A stretch of DNA of 60,642 bases, the filler included, from Sphacelaria rigidula (lineage: Eukaryota), in assembly GCA_964200075.2 (NCBI GenBank). It is 8 parts of 8 records of this genome, joined end to end, with 100 filler letters (N's around TTAATTAATTAA, not from the genome) between each part and the next. Parts side by side here need not be neighbours in the genome. Positions count along the whole stretch, not along the records: positions 1 to 7,493 come from CAXNAA020014671.1; positions 7,594 to 15,086 come from CAXNAA020014672.1; 6 more parts are not named here. One strand, 5' to 3'. Positions 1-12,075 of the stretch are shown piece after piece; position 1 is the first letter of the stretch, and the number at the start of each line of letters is the position of its first letter. Both the position numbers and the translations under genes were made by a program. The notes beneath the pieces are model-generated. The model searched no databases. It was given only the letters and a program-made list of their open reading frames with translations, and had not been told where the DNA came from.

Positions 1-74
<74 letters not shown>

Positions 75-170
75 GCAAAAGTAAGAAGAAGAAGAAGAAG
101 ATCAAGAACAACAACAGCAACAACAACAGCAACAACAACAACAACGGCAACAGCAGCAGCAGCGGCGGCA
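1..170. repeat. Compound microsatellite (AAT)n followed by AAG, AAC and CAG runs
   Basis: Perfect ATA/AAT repeat over 1-72, then aagaagaag, aacaacaac and cagcagcag tracts. Confidence 0.97.
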
Positions 171-530
171 GTAGCAAGGTGGTCATCATCGTCCCAGTTT
201 TGCGACGGTGACGGTCGCCAACAATTGCTAGTCGTCACGAGACAGCACCGTGCTAAACACCGTCCCATTCAGCATATGGTACATCATGTACGCACAGTGG
301 GCAAGTGACGGGCGCTCCACCACAATCACAGGATTGGTGCACAAATTAGCTCAGACATGAGAAAATCATGGTTAGGTGGATAGACAAATCTCGGTGGTCG
401 ATAACAAACATGAACGAGGGCTGCGCTACTGTAGGGACCAGACCGCCGTATCACCTCCTTTCGCGTCACTATTGTTTCACATATACCCCTCAACTTCCTT
501 TTCATTTTGTTTTGTTCACACGTCACCCAG

Positions 531-3500
531 CGGATTCCGCACCCGAGTCGTGCGGCCCCAAAAGTTGCAACCAGAGCTCAGCTCGAAGCCGTTCTCCTTG
601 GGCCCAGATATCCGAGAAGATCAGAGTCTTCCGCCGGCGCCCAGACGTGTTGGTGGCAAGATGGGATCAGGCAGGCAGCTCGGCCGAGATGGTGGTAACA
701 ATAGTGACGACGGACTACTGAGTGGGAATGGAGAAGGGCAGATTGGCGAGGGTGTCGGTGAACGCGGCATAGAAAACGCAATAAAGGTGGGGAATGTATC
801 CTGGGATACGACAAGAACATTTTTTGCCTATTACTTCCTGTTTCTCCATCTAGTCAGTACAAGGTAAAGTTTGCTGGAGCTCTGCGGAAGTTCCCACGTT
901 ACCAAATATAGTAAACGGATAATTAATACAGGTAGAGTTTTCAATAACGGGTAGTGACTGCTTTGGGGTTTCTCTGATGGTTATTTGGGGGTACAGGAGG
1001 CATTTCCCCCCCCAAAGTACCCATATTTTCTGCTACGAGAGTATACTAAGGGACAGACCCGATCAGCCTTTCATATTTTCGGTCGAAAAATAACTCTCTG
1101 GCTGCATGTAGTCTAAAAGTGATCACAAGCGGAAATAGGTCTGAATGATGTGCATTTTACACCTCCCTGTGGTACGATGAAAAGGACAGTCAGCTTATGA
1201 ATACGTACACCCGCACCAATATATATTTCAGCCATAATCCAAGGTTTGGACGAATCATCGTCGATTCGAGCAACCAAGCCCACGGGTTTTGAGGCCTGCT
1301 CACTCGAAAGGAAAAAAAATATGACCGCTGGTCGAAAAGGTCCCCACGTGATTTTTACGCTATTCCACGTGCATGGGTTGTGCGTACCTTGGATACGACG
1401 CTGACAACAAAACCCGAGGATTTTTTAAGTCGTACGGTACGAATCGATCACACTAAAATTAAGTATTATCCAGTCGAATTATGAAGTCGTCCGACCTTTG
1501 CAAGATTCACTGCACACACCGCCACACACGGCACGGTATACATTTGAACAGCGCCGTGCCATGAAAACCGCAGGACCTCGCCGGTCGCGAATGGACAACA
1601 GACGCGGCCGGGGAGCTGCTCGTCCTAGATCGTCCACAGGGCGACGCCATGCCGGGCACTGTAGTCAGCGCCTCTTACGCCTTTCGAGACGTTCCCGACA
1701 GCCGCTCCAATAAGATAGGAGAAAGACACAGTGACCATGCTGGAGAAAGTCACAGGCGCGATCGGGCGGCGACAGCAACGGTGGAGGGGAGGAAAAGCCC
1801 GGGCAGAGGGACAGGCGGCGGTGGAGCGGGTGCGAACGGTTCCGTCGGTATGGATGAAAGCGTATCTTCTCGCTCTGGAGCGAAGGATAGGTGGGCAGTG
1901 AAGTCAACATAAAACCGTTTCTATCGAAGTATGCAGTCCGAATGGCGTTGGATTTAACTATTACAAGACATCGTAGCGGCGACGTTATTAGTACGTTTAT
2001 TCGTTAGGGTACGTGTTTTTTTTAAGCCACGGGTGGGGACTGCGCTTACCAACATGAAAAAAAGAGGGTTAACGCTTTCCTTTGGTCTTAGAGTACGCTC
2101 GATCCACGATTCGCGGAGATGAAGTCGTGTCGTAGAGGCGTGAACTCCCCTCGCGAACGGAACTCTGGAGGGTTGGATGGAGAGTCCTCGTATCTAACGT
2201 TCCATTCCAGTTGCAAATAGGGCGGCAACTGGTCCTAAAGCAACGACACTTGATGGATAAAAAACGGATACCGCGGCGTACGTTTGAGCCAAGATTTCCG
2301 TACTTTACCTACTGCGTGAACAACTTACGTGATGTATGCTCGTGTGCAGCCAGCCGTGTCTCGGCACACTTTTGATCGGTGCAAGAAACTGTGTGTGCGA
2401 GAACATCTATGCTTAGCATCGTACTATGGCCCCGCCCGTTTGCTGTCTTGCTCTCTTTTCCTGGGATAAATATTTGTTGGTGTTCAACTCAGAGCCTCTC
2501 AACGACGAACCTCCACCCGGCTTCCTGGCGGGGCCTTGAAGAATCGTTTTTTCGCTTTAGAGCCGACCCTGCAGCCAAACCTCACAACCTCGCTGGAGAA
2601 ACCGGGACCCGGGGTTTCCGTTTGCGACGGTAGGTCCATCAAGGAAGGGCCTCAATGGCCGCAGGTGAGCTTTGGTCAATGGCTGTTGCAAAATCGCGAA
2701 AAACACACCATAGAGCCGTCGTCTGATGTAACCACAACGGCTATTTCGCCTACGAGTACTGTGCCGCTGGTATTCTTCGACTATAGAAGGCTGCTTCCAT
2801 CTACGTGTTTTGCTCAAGTTGAGCGTGTGTCTCAGAGCTGATCGTGAGGGCCAGCGCTGACTTCGCTTATGGTGTACTTTTTTCACTGGCCGCAAACCTA
2901 CCTCGAGCATGTGAGGAAAGCATCTTGAGATCAACGAACATGCACGCTACAAAAAGCAGGAGGTGACATCGTTCATCTTGTGACAAGATATCACTGCTAC
3001 GATTGACGGAAAACATCGCAAAGGGGGAACGAAACCGAAAGCATTCATCGCGTATGTGTGTTTTCCGCCCTTCATACTCGCGAAGACGGCCTCATGGCAC
3101 CGCACATCGCATCTGTCACACAGGATCCGAATCACATGAGCAAGGCCGACTACCAACAGCGACAGCGAAAAACCGACAGCATCAGCTCACTGAACGCGTT
3201 GGGGAGGAACAGCAAAAACGACGAGGTGGATTCGTCCACGCTGGGCTTCTCCTTGGGGTCGGTTCAATCGGCACCGGCACTGATTGGACAAGGTTTAGGT
3301 GTAGATCGAAACCAAAACAGCGGCGTTGGCAATGGAGTCGGACGCGGATCGCGAAATGCTCGTGCGGCCACGGCCGGCATCGGATCGTCTGGTACCCGCG
3401 GTCATAGCTTCACAGCATTCGACAACATTGATCCATTGGATGGGGGTGTCAGAGTGCCACGGGCGTCACCACTGAGCATTCCACATGATGAAGGTGTTGG

Positions 3501-5729
3501 AGTACCCGCTGCGCTATCTCCTTTGTCGATGTCGGTGAGTGAGGGCGGAGCGCCTGCCTGGGGAGGCAGCGGAGCTGCACGGCCTGAATATGCGGGGGGA
3601 GATAAGGATGACAACGATCCTCATTTGCGGCTCGTGAAGGTGAGGTGTTACGGAGTGGCGAACTTTAGGCCTTGACCTCAAAGGCATGCCTTACTTTTTG
3701 CCTCAGAGCCCCTTTTCAGAAAGGGGTTGCCTGAGAGGAGGCATGGCGCCTGAGATGCCTTGTTTGGGCGAGGTGAACACATATACTACAACAAAGAATG
3801 AAAGTAAGGCACATGAATGACGACGCCAACTCCAATTAGTCGGTATACCGGGGTTGTACTCTTTGCCTTAGAGCCCCTTTTCGAAAAGGGGTTGCCCGAT
3901 GAGGTGTTTTATGCCTGAGATGCCGAATATAACAAAAACAGGCACATTATACCACAAAAACAGAGACAATAAGTCAAGCTTGTGACAACGCCCACTCCCA
4001 TTATTCGGGTAACCGCAGTGATTGTCGAAGGCAAGTCTAAGGTAAGTCTCAGGCATCCCGAGCTATAGACTGAGGCATTTCAGGCATGAATACGGGGAAA
4101 GGCGTGCCTTAGCAATTGCCTGAGGCCAACTACTTCGCCTGAGACGTGCCTTCAACGGTTCACCTTAGAACCCCTTCGGAATGCCTTAGAAGTCAGGGTC
4201 TAGGATAACTATATAGCGCACAGATACTACATACGTTGGAGGTGCGGGATCATCGAAGCGCTTCCTTCGGGGTACGTAGGTTGTCAGATGGTCATTATGA
4301 GAATTTTGGATACAGCTCTCACCACCATTAAGAACCCATTGCCTGGATCAAACTTTCACGCAAAACGCCAGTGGGAAACTCGAACACTTGGGATGCTGTC
4401 GTCATCACTCACAACTGCAGGATCACTCCACTTGCTCACCGCCCCCGCGATCCCCAACCCCATACGCCGCTATTTTTGCACTTATCAACTGATGAGCTGT
4501 GCCATAATCGTTTCCTGTCTGCATGCTGCTTGAAAAGTTGGTGCACATCACAACAAATAGATCCTGATTGCATCTTTGTCTCTCTTCGGAGAGATATTTT
4601 TCCCTCTGTCGCTGCATGCAGTTTGCTTGAGTACGGACGTACCGTAAGGATTTCCGACAATAGCCCTAATTTCTTCTCGCACTTCGTGGCGCAGGACCCG
4701 GATTGGGGGAGGAATATCGGCGGTCAGGCTCAGCAAGCCGGGGTGCTTCCAAAGGTGCGGACTGTTTTCTTAACATTTCCGCTTGGTAGAGTTAAGGTCA
4801 GGTTCAGTCACTACGTTTGTGCTAGTAAGGGGAACGAAACGAAACGAGACGAAACGAGACGAAACGTCATGAGTCGACTATTTCCCGGCGACAAAAGCAG
4901 TCATATGTACGTAGAACTGTGCTCATCCCATGAGCTACGCGGCATCCACACGATTGTGTAGTTTATCCAAGTTGCTACTCTTGGGCACTGGTGTCAATCC
5001 GTTCGGGCGATTGGATGCCAGCGGCAATGAAAGGAGACGAGAACATATACTTTCAAGATTATAAGGAAGGCTACGGCGTGTGAGGCTGAGTATGTTTCCG
5101 TGGATCCACCTTCATCTTCACGCTGGCAAAATCGGCAGACACAGTTCTGCTCCTACTCGTTCGAGCGCCGGGAAACAAATATCACACGCCGTGGGCAAGA
5201 ACCACGAACCTGAAACTCACCGGCAAAACGAAGTAGACGACGATTCACCCCGAATCCGACAACACACTGTAAAACCCCGCACCCTTGACCTCCGACACCT
5301 GCTCGTTTCCATTTCCCCCTTCCTTCCATCCGTAATCCACCCTACGGAAATAAAAAGGTCAAGAACACGACACGAGAAAGACCTTTGACGCACGAACGTC
5401 CTCACACGCGCAACCCTCGCGACCCGAAACATGTCCCAGCACAAGCACTGGCGCATTCCACCCCCAAGAGCATCGTCACTAGCACTGGCAGCCAGAATCG
5501 GCTTGCTCCGGCCTGGGACAGCCGCCGCACGACCACAACCGCTGACGACGCCAGTAGTTTAGAGGGCTCGACATCTTTTCCGTCGCTACCAATGTCGCTG
5601 ACAGGGTGGGGTGTCGCCAATGGCGGCGGAGCAGTAAGACAAGGGGGGGCAGGAAGGAAGAAGAAAGTTGATGGCACCATTGTTCTGGCGAAGCCGCGAG
5701 AGATACTCGCGGAAGGGTTTCTACGCTGA
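531..5729 (+). CDS. 3' part of an intron-containing gene for an uncharacterised protein. Exons 531-786, 1574-1890, 2493-2664, 3124-3639, 4695-4754 and ~5358-5729 (stop); 5' end not found
   Basis: The first five exons are bounded by (Y)AG/GT with matching phases (0,2,0,0,0). The joined reading is coherent: ...ENAIK|DLAGREWTTDAAGELLVLDRPQ...AKDR|ASQRR...LQPNLTTSLEKPGPGVSVCDGRSIKEGPQWPQ|DPNHMSKADYQQRQ...DPHLRLVK|DPDWGRN...LPK|...AEGFLR*. The last exon's acceptor is uncertain and a small exon may be missed. Confidence 0.75.
3668..4200. mobile_element. Non-autonomous TIR element (MITE) in an intron
   Basis: ~20-bp imperfect TIR (ggccttgacctcaaaggcat ... atgccttagaagtcagggtc) with TA on both flanks. 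Internal direct repeat (3697-3760 vs 3860-3925) and many gcctga/aggca motifs. Confidence 0.7.
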
Positions 5730-6127
5730 TTCCTACGCTAATAGGTATATGTTCTTGCGTGCTACATGTCTGTGAACTCTTTTTTGTCGAAGTTCCCGTA
5801 TGTCGCCCACCCAGGATCGCACGTGGTGCAAGTTGGTAAACGCAATCGGCGAATCGTTCAACGTAACGGGAGGTAGGTATGGTATGACTCTGTGGCAGCT
5901 TCGTGCTACTCTCCTCCGGGAAGACCATTGCGCTCACTATCCACCCAAATTGTGTCACCCGTTGGCGACACGTTGCTAGGAAGGCCCGGCTATCAACCTG
6001 TTAGGTGTATGCCATAGATCGTCATCAGTAAGTGAGAATTGCTGTACCCTGAAGGGTACCCGTAAGTTGAAACCAAGGCACCTGGGGGCCTGAAGTCGAC
6101 ATTTGTTGGTGGTTTGGAGGGAGGGGG

Positions 6128-6178
6128 AGGGTGTACTCATGATCACGCATGCTATAGTCATGAGACCAATGACCTCGG
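6128..6178 (+). repeat. Dispersed repeat fragment, also at ~37780-37838
   Basis: ggggtgtactcatgatc...catgctatagtcatgagaccaatgacctcg matches ggggtgtactcatgatc...catgccatactcataagaccattgacctcg. Confidence 0.7.
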
Positions 6179-6511
6179 GGGGGGAGGGGGGGGGGAGTTG
6201 TGGTACCTAGCGAACGCGTTGTCCATCTAGGTACGTAGAGTTTTCTCCGGTATTGGTGTTCCCTACCTAAAACAAGTTTTCTTCCGTTTCCAGAGCAGAT
6301 TTCTATCCGCAGCGACCACTTGGAGTCTCATCGAAAATATTGTTGTCCAGATCCTAGCTAGACCTGCACAGGTTAAACTATACGGCGTTTTACACAATGT
6401 TATTGCGTTTCAGTCTCTTGTCAGTATTTTCTTTATTTCAGTGTGGCAGAAGTGACTACTTGATTTAAGTACTTAGACTACATGTGGCGACCTACGTGGT
6501 CATGGCTCTTT

Positions 6512-6726
6512 CGTTGTAATGCGTGGGACCGCGCGCTCGGGGGACCGCATCGTAGTTCGAAACACCTCAGGATCGATGTTTTTCACCAATCGGGCCAGTC
6601 CAACCCGGCAAGGACAACGCCCCTGACCCTAACCCCAACATTGATCCTAACCATAACCCTAAACATAGGGATGTTTCAATTCCGATGAGATCCCCTAAGC
6701 ACGCGGTCCTCGCACGCATTACATCG
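6512..6726. mobile_element. Small foldback MITE with ~55-bp TIRs and internal degenerate CCCTAA repeats
   Basis: Left arm tgtaatgcgtgggaccgcgcgctcggggga...gaaacacctc pairs with right arm gggatgtttc...tcccctaagcacgcggtcctcgcacgcattaca. Interior contains ccctgaccctaaccccaac...cctaaccataaccctaa. Confidence 0.75.
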
Positions 6727-7493
6727 TGTCAAGATCTCTTCGAGCTCGGTGTGGTTTCAAGAACAACTTAATTTCAACTTGGCCTCAACAAGCCCTTGTC
6801 AAAAGCGTCAGCTCTCCTACTGTACTGCGTCAGAGGGCGAGCAGTACAGGGGTGTTGTTCGACAGGGCTCCTCGCACAATCTCTTGTGACTCCATCGTAA
6901 GCTCCTTTTGCATGAGACAGCAATTTGCACACGGTTCATATCTTAAAAGAAAACGCTGTGATAATACCTTACTCCCGACCTGCATGCGGTATTGGAATGA
7001 CTTTTTTTGCCGACGTCTTCGAAGCCTCTTCGTATATTTCGCGTTGCCCCTCCAGATGGGCAACTGCCATCGCGCTTCATTCGCGGTTTTCGCTCTTGAC
7101 ACAAAGTGACGCGAATCGTGCACATACGACATTTAAGTAAAAACGCGGTGCGGCACGTTGTGTTATTGCATCATGCTCCACAGCAGGGCGTCTCAAAGTG
7201 CCTGCGGCGCTGCGGCAGTGCAGGTATTTAGGAAAATCTGCGCGCAGCGCGGAGTCCCGACGGGCTTATGTGCGGCTTGCCGCAGGGAAAAAAATGGCGG
7301 CGCGGGCATTTCGTCGGAGGCGAAATAAACATCTGCGGCCTCTTTCTCGCCGAAGGCGACAAATAATATTGGGGGGATCTTTTTATGTGCAGCATGAGCA
7401 ATGCTACGGTAGGGGTGCACTTTTTTCGCGAAATAACAACAAATTGTGAGAATTGAGGTTTAACTTCGAGATGAGGCTCAAGCCTAAAACAGT

Positions 7494-7593
7494 NNNNNNN
7501 NNNNNNNNNNNNNNNNNNNNNNNNNNNNNNNNNNNNNTTAATTAATTAANNNNNNNNNNNNNNNNNNNNNNNNNNNNNNNNNNNNNNNNNNNN
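7494..7593. other. Artificial 100-bp linker (N44-TTAATTAATTAA-N44). Identical linkers at 15087-15186, 22680-22779, 30273-30372, 37866-37965, 45459-45558, 53051-53150
   Basis: Identical N-flanked all-frame stop cassette at a 7593/7592-bp period. Confidence 0.98.
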
Positions 7594-8710
7594 TCTCGCT
7601 GCTTCTTTAACGCAGATTCTCGACGGCTTCCTCGCCGAGATCAACCCGGACCGTGCCAAGGGGAAGACAGGTCCGGTATTACTATCTGATTTGGAGAGGC
7701 GTCTGATCAGTTACTTCGATACAAGTGACCAGGCCAGTGCCATCCAGAGGCTGAGTTATTTTGTCGTCGCCACTGATGTCCCCTTCGCGGATTATCTCCG
7801 CGAATTTAAGCTTTTGGTTTCGGGTACGACGGGTGTCGGACGCCAGAATGGACCGAGCGACGCAATGTGTCAGACTTACGTTCGCAATAGCGTTGCCCAA
7901 CAGTATCCGGCTCTGATGCAGTCGTTGTTTCCGGGTGTCTTGGCGCATCGCGAGGTGCCTTACGCCTCCGTTGATACTATGTGGTCTGCTTTTGTACACC
8001 AAGAGAGTAATCTAACGCCTGCCATACGTGGCAAACCTTCAACGTCTGTGCGTTCACAACCTACGGTTGTACCCTCCGCTCATGCCCAAGGGGCTCGTGG
8101 CAGGAATTCGAACTCGTCTCGCGCTTCATGGACCCCCGACTCAGTCGCCGGTTCAGTCATGCATGTTCAGGGTACCAGGGATGCATTCAGCGCGAGTTTT
8201 GATGGTTGACCGCTTTCCGAGGAAACTTGGAATGATGTTTATTTTACTTCAACAACGGCACACATAACCGATGACCCCCATTTGTGGAACCCACTTCTTT
8301 CGCCTTCCGCTAGACGCAATGCCTTCAGCAGTCATGCCAACAGTTGCATCAACTGTAGTGTTCAAGGCCACAGCATGCGCGACTGCGACAGTCCATGCAT
8401 CAATGCCTTTGATCTCATGAACCCTGAATTGCAGGACGATGAACCCGCGTGGCGCCGATGGCAAAATCGCATGCGCGACTATCGTCCACCAAATCGAAAT
8501 TACCGCAACAATTCGAACTAACGTGGCAACAAAAGCTCTGATCGCGGTCGCCGACACAACAACAATCACGGAAGCCCTCGCCAGAACGATCAAAATTCTC
8601 GCGACAACAAACGTTCCGCTGATGGACACCAACGGACGGGACCGACACGAAGTTCTAATCCCAACACCAGAAACCCTGGTACCTTCACTACGGATCGCTT
8701 AGATCCATGA
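7594..8710 (+). pseudogene. gag: gag, C-terminal part with CCHC zinc knuckle
   Basis: CINCSVQGHSMRDC (CX2CX4HX4C) at ~8345-8387, followed by an R/N-rich tail. Premature stops at 8207 and 8519 correspond to TGG/CAA in copy B. Confidence 0.85.
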
Positions 8711-9852
8711 CGTGCCGACACCGGCGTTCTTCGGCCTTTCACGCCATCGATAGCACGAGCGAAGACTTTCTCAACACAGCCCGCGGAGTCCGTGTCTAAA
8801 GTTGCTCACTCAAGTCCCTGGCACTATCCAGGAGCGTAACTGACGGCCGTTCCTATCGACCCCCGTGTCCAACCTCCACACAATTTTCAACACAGCCCGC
8901 AGAGCCCGCGACTAAGATTGCCCACCCGGCTCCCCCAGCACTACGCAGGAGTGCAACTGACGGCCCTTCATATCGACCCCCATCTTCATTCACCCCTCCA
9001 CACACCGCGTAACAGTTGTGTCACCCCGCGACTCAGCCCTACACCCGGCTTTGAACTTGGTCCTTCAGTACTGAGTATAAGTCTGAGGTGTGGGAAGACC
9101 AACCGCCAGTCCCTGAGGCAAATGCTTCCCTCAGCGACCGCACGCACAGGTAGCAGCAAGCCTTGTTCAGCTGATACAAGTGTTGCTGATTTGAACCTGG
9201 CCACATCCGATCATGTAATTCCCAATCAGTTGGATCGAGCTCCTTCCCCGCGATTTTCAAGACGCACGGACCTACCTTCGGCCGGTTTTAATAACAACCG
9301 CCCCAACATATCTTCGGCTATGCCCCAACAGCCAAGCTTGCCTACGGAAAGCAGCCCAGAAGTTTCGCTCCGTCATGCCCCGATGCTGACCCCATCCACG
9401 CAACTGGACGCAGTTGTGGTTCCATCCCAAAATATTTTGGAAGTTCCCCGACCTTTGTCACGGCGAAAGAAAAAGCCCCGTAAGCATGCCCCCAAAGATG
9501 CGCGCGCATCATTACGTACACCTCTTTCGAGCGGAAATCCTCGACCTCAATCTCTCCAAAATGCGACGACTTTGAGCTCGACGGCTCTATCAAGTATCCC
9601 GGAAAAAATAAAATCACATTATTCTAACGGCACTATTTCTTCAATCGACCATTCCAGCCCCGCATATCTGGATCCCCCTTTGATGGTGGTCCCTGTCAAC
9701 CAAACACGATCTTTGACGAAATCGCCAATGACCGTGCCACACCTAGAAATAATATACCGTCCACCCCCTTCTCTGGTGAGATACCTGATCCACCGGCGGA
9801 TCACCCGCCGTGCGTTTTTGCTGTCAGCCCCGCTGATCCTGACCAGTTTATC

Positions 9853-10449
9853 TTGCCGGAACACGATCCGGATCTTGTCGGCGGTAAAGTGTCTGTAGAT
9901 CCGACCACTTTCACTACAAGCGTTGCGATCCATGCCGGTCCAGACGCTATCACGCCTATGAAATGCGTATCCTTGTTGGACAGCGGCAGCCCGCAAACAT
10001 TTATTCGAGAATCAACATGGAAACACATGAAACAGACTGGCGCTGCTTCTGCAGCTTGCGAAACCACCACCAAACCTCGCGTGTGGGGCGGTTTCGGTGA
10101 TTCTGCCGCACCACTGACGACACGTAAATCCGTACGTCTCAGTATACAATTCTTTCACAACACCACTCGATCTGCCAGCCTGGCAGTCTGGGTATACATT
10201 GTCCCCGACAGCACAATGCATCACGCCATATTATTGGGCAGAGATAGCTATATGCGGTTTAACAAACGCACCTACCGCACGCTTCCACCACTAACGCCAC
10301 ATTCCACGCCGCGTGGAGAACTTAATTTCGAGCACTTCGGTACTCTGAACGGCGCCCTGGCTTATCAGAAGAATCCTCAAGCAACCGGAGCTGCTTACCA
10401 CCTACGATACAACGGTAGCGTGGGTATAACACTCTCTGACGACCACTAA
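9853..10449 (+). pseudogene. pol: Retropepsin-like aspartic protease
   Basis: LLDSGS active-site motif, GGFG flap and ILLGRD C-terminal motif. Confidence 0.9.
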
Positions 10450-10999
10450 CTTCTTGAAGTTGCACTAGTTCCCCGTCATGGTATGCCAGCACTTACGGGC
10501 CATTATCTTGCCGAAATGTTACCCCGTATTGGCGCACCAGCTGACACAGAACATTCTGTGTCGACGGGACAACAACTCCTCCCTCTTACGGGACATGCTA
10601 ACTTGGAACCCGGCGATGTTTTAGGAATCGCCACTGCTCCCGTGATGCACATCCCACTCGAGACGTGCGTCACAGAGCCTGCCGCGCCAAACGCCACATC
10701 TCCGGCGGAGTCAGTCCTTTGTGTCGAGGAGCCCTATTTCGACCTCGCCTCTGCGACCCCACCCCAGGTCCACACCGTGGATCCTGCCCAGTCAAATTCC
10801 GATCCTCCTGCTGAAGGGCTTCAACGCTTATCACCAGATTCTCGGAAAAGTTTCTTGCACATGTGGAACCAACTGCCGCCACACATGCGCGACATCAACT
10901 TTGACCTTCATGGGCCCGGCTGGGAACCGGCAGTCATCCAAGAACTCAGTGATATCCTGCTACAGTGCCAAGACCGATTTTCCCGATCCAAGACGGATC

Positions 11000-11510
11000 T
11001 TGGGCATTGCAAAAAACTGCCCTTTGAGGTTACCCTCCAACCCGGTGTCTCGCCTATTTTTTGTCGGCCATACCGTACCAATCCAATCCTTCAAGAAAGT
11101 TAACGCCATCTTGGATGCGTATGTGGGAGCGGGACTAATACAACATTCCTCCTCTCCTTGGGCCTCGCCCCTTTTGGTCGTCCCCAAAAAAGAGGGAAAC
11201 ATACGCATAACCGTGAATTGTCAACGGTTGAACCGCGTCACTGTAGTCGGTAAACTTTCAATCCCCCGCATTGATGAAGTCTTCGACTCCTTAGGCGAAG
11301 GTAAAATATTCAGCACCTTCGACCTCGCTTCTGGATTTTTCCAGAATGCTATACATCCCGACACAGTCCCACTGACGGCTTTTTGTACCCCGTCCGGACT
11401 TTATGAGTGGCTTCGAATGCCACAAGGCGCCGCCACTGCCCGAGGATGCTTTCAACTCTCAATGCAATGCGTTACCGAGGGCCTCGAGCACATCATCATG
11501 TACTTGGATC
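11000..11510 (+). pseudogene. pol: Reverse transcriptase, frameshifted and internally deleted
   Basis: PIFCRPYR, SSSPWASPLLVVPKKEG, IPRIDEVFDSL, FSTFDLASGFFQ, TAFCTPSGLYEWLRMPQG. The YLDD motif is cut after YLD and joined to the connection region (IRPLTELIKKG). Confidence 0.93.
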
Positions 11511-12075
11511 CGCCCCCTTACTGAGCTAATCAAGAAAGGGGCCGTATTTTCCTTCACAACCGAAATGGAGAATATCACCCACCAACTACTCAAGACGCTT
11601 ACCGAAAAACCCGTACTTTGCTTTCCTGATTGGGAGGCAGTACAAGATGGCTCCCGTCTTTTCCAACTCCACACTGACGCCAGCACAAATGGATTTGGAG
11701 GAGTTTTGAATCAACCTCAGGCTGATGGCTTTGTCCGACCCATCCCTTATACTTTATATCAGCCACGCTACCCTGCCCAACGAGGCCAATTGGGGCCCGC
11801 TAGAACTGGAAGGCGGAGTAATCACTTGGGCCATTAGGCGCCTTTGACAATATCTGTTTCACGTGCCCTTCGCGATATATACGGATCACGGAGCACTTGA
11901 ACAACTCGCCAAGGTTGGTGAACACAACTCTCGTGTACAACGATGGTTGGAGTTTCTGACAGCAAACCAGGATACCATTAAGCACCGTCCAGGCAAAACC
12001 AACGGGAACGCGGATCTTCTTCCCCGCCTACCTCTGCCGCCTACGGCCGCAGATTCCACCCCGTCTGCCGTTTAA
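11511..12075 (+). pseudogene. pol: Connection domain and RNase H
   Basis: PVLCFPD, FQLHTDASTNGFGGVL, ELE..VITWAIR, IYTDHGAL, RVQRWLEFL, HRPGKTNGNADLL. Confidence 0.92.

Noticed and set aside
7538-7549. TTAATTAATTAA repeated at regular spacing, resembling a CRISPR-like or periodic genomic repeat
   Set aside because: Always embedded in N runs at a fixed period; it is an artificial linker.
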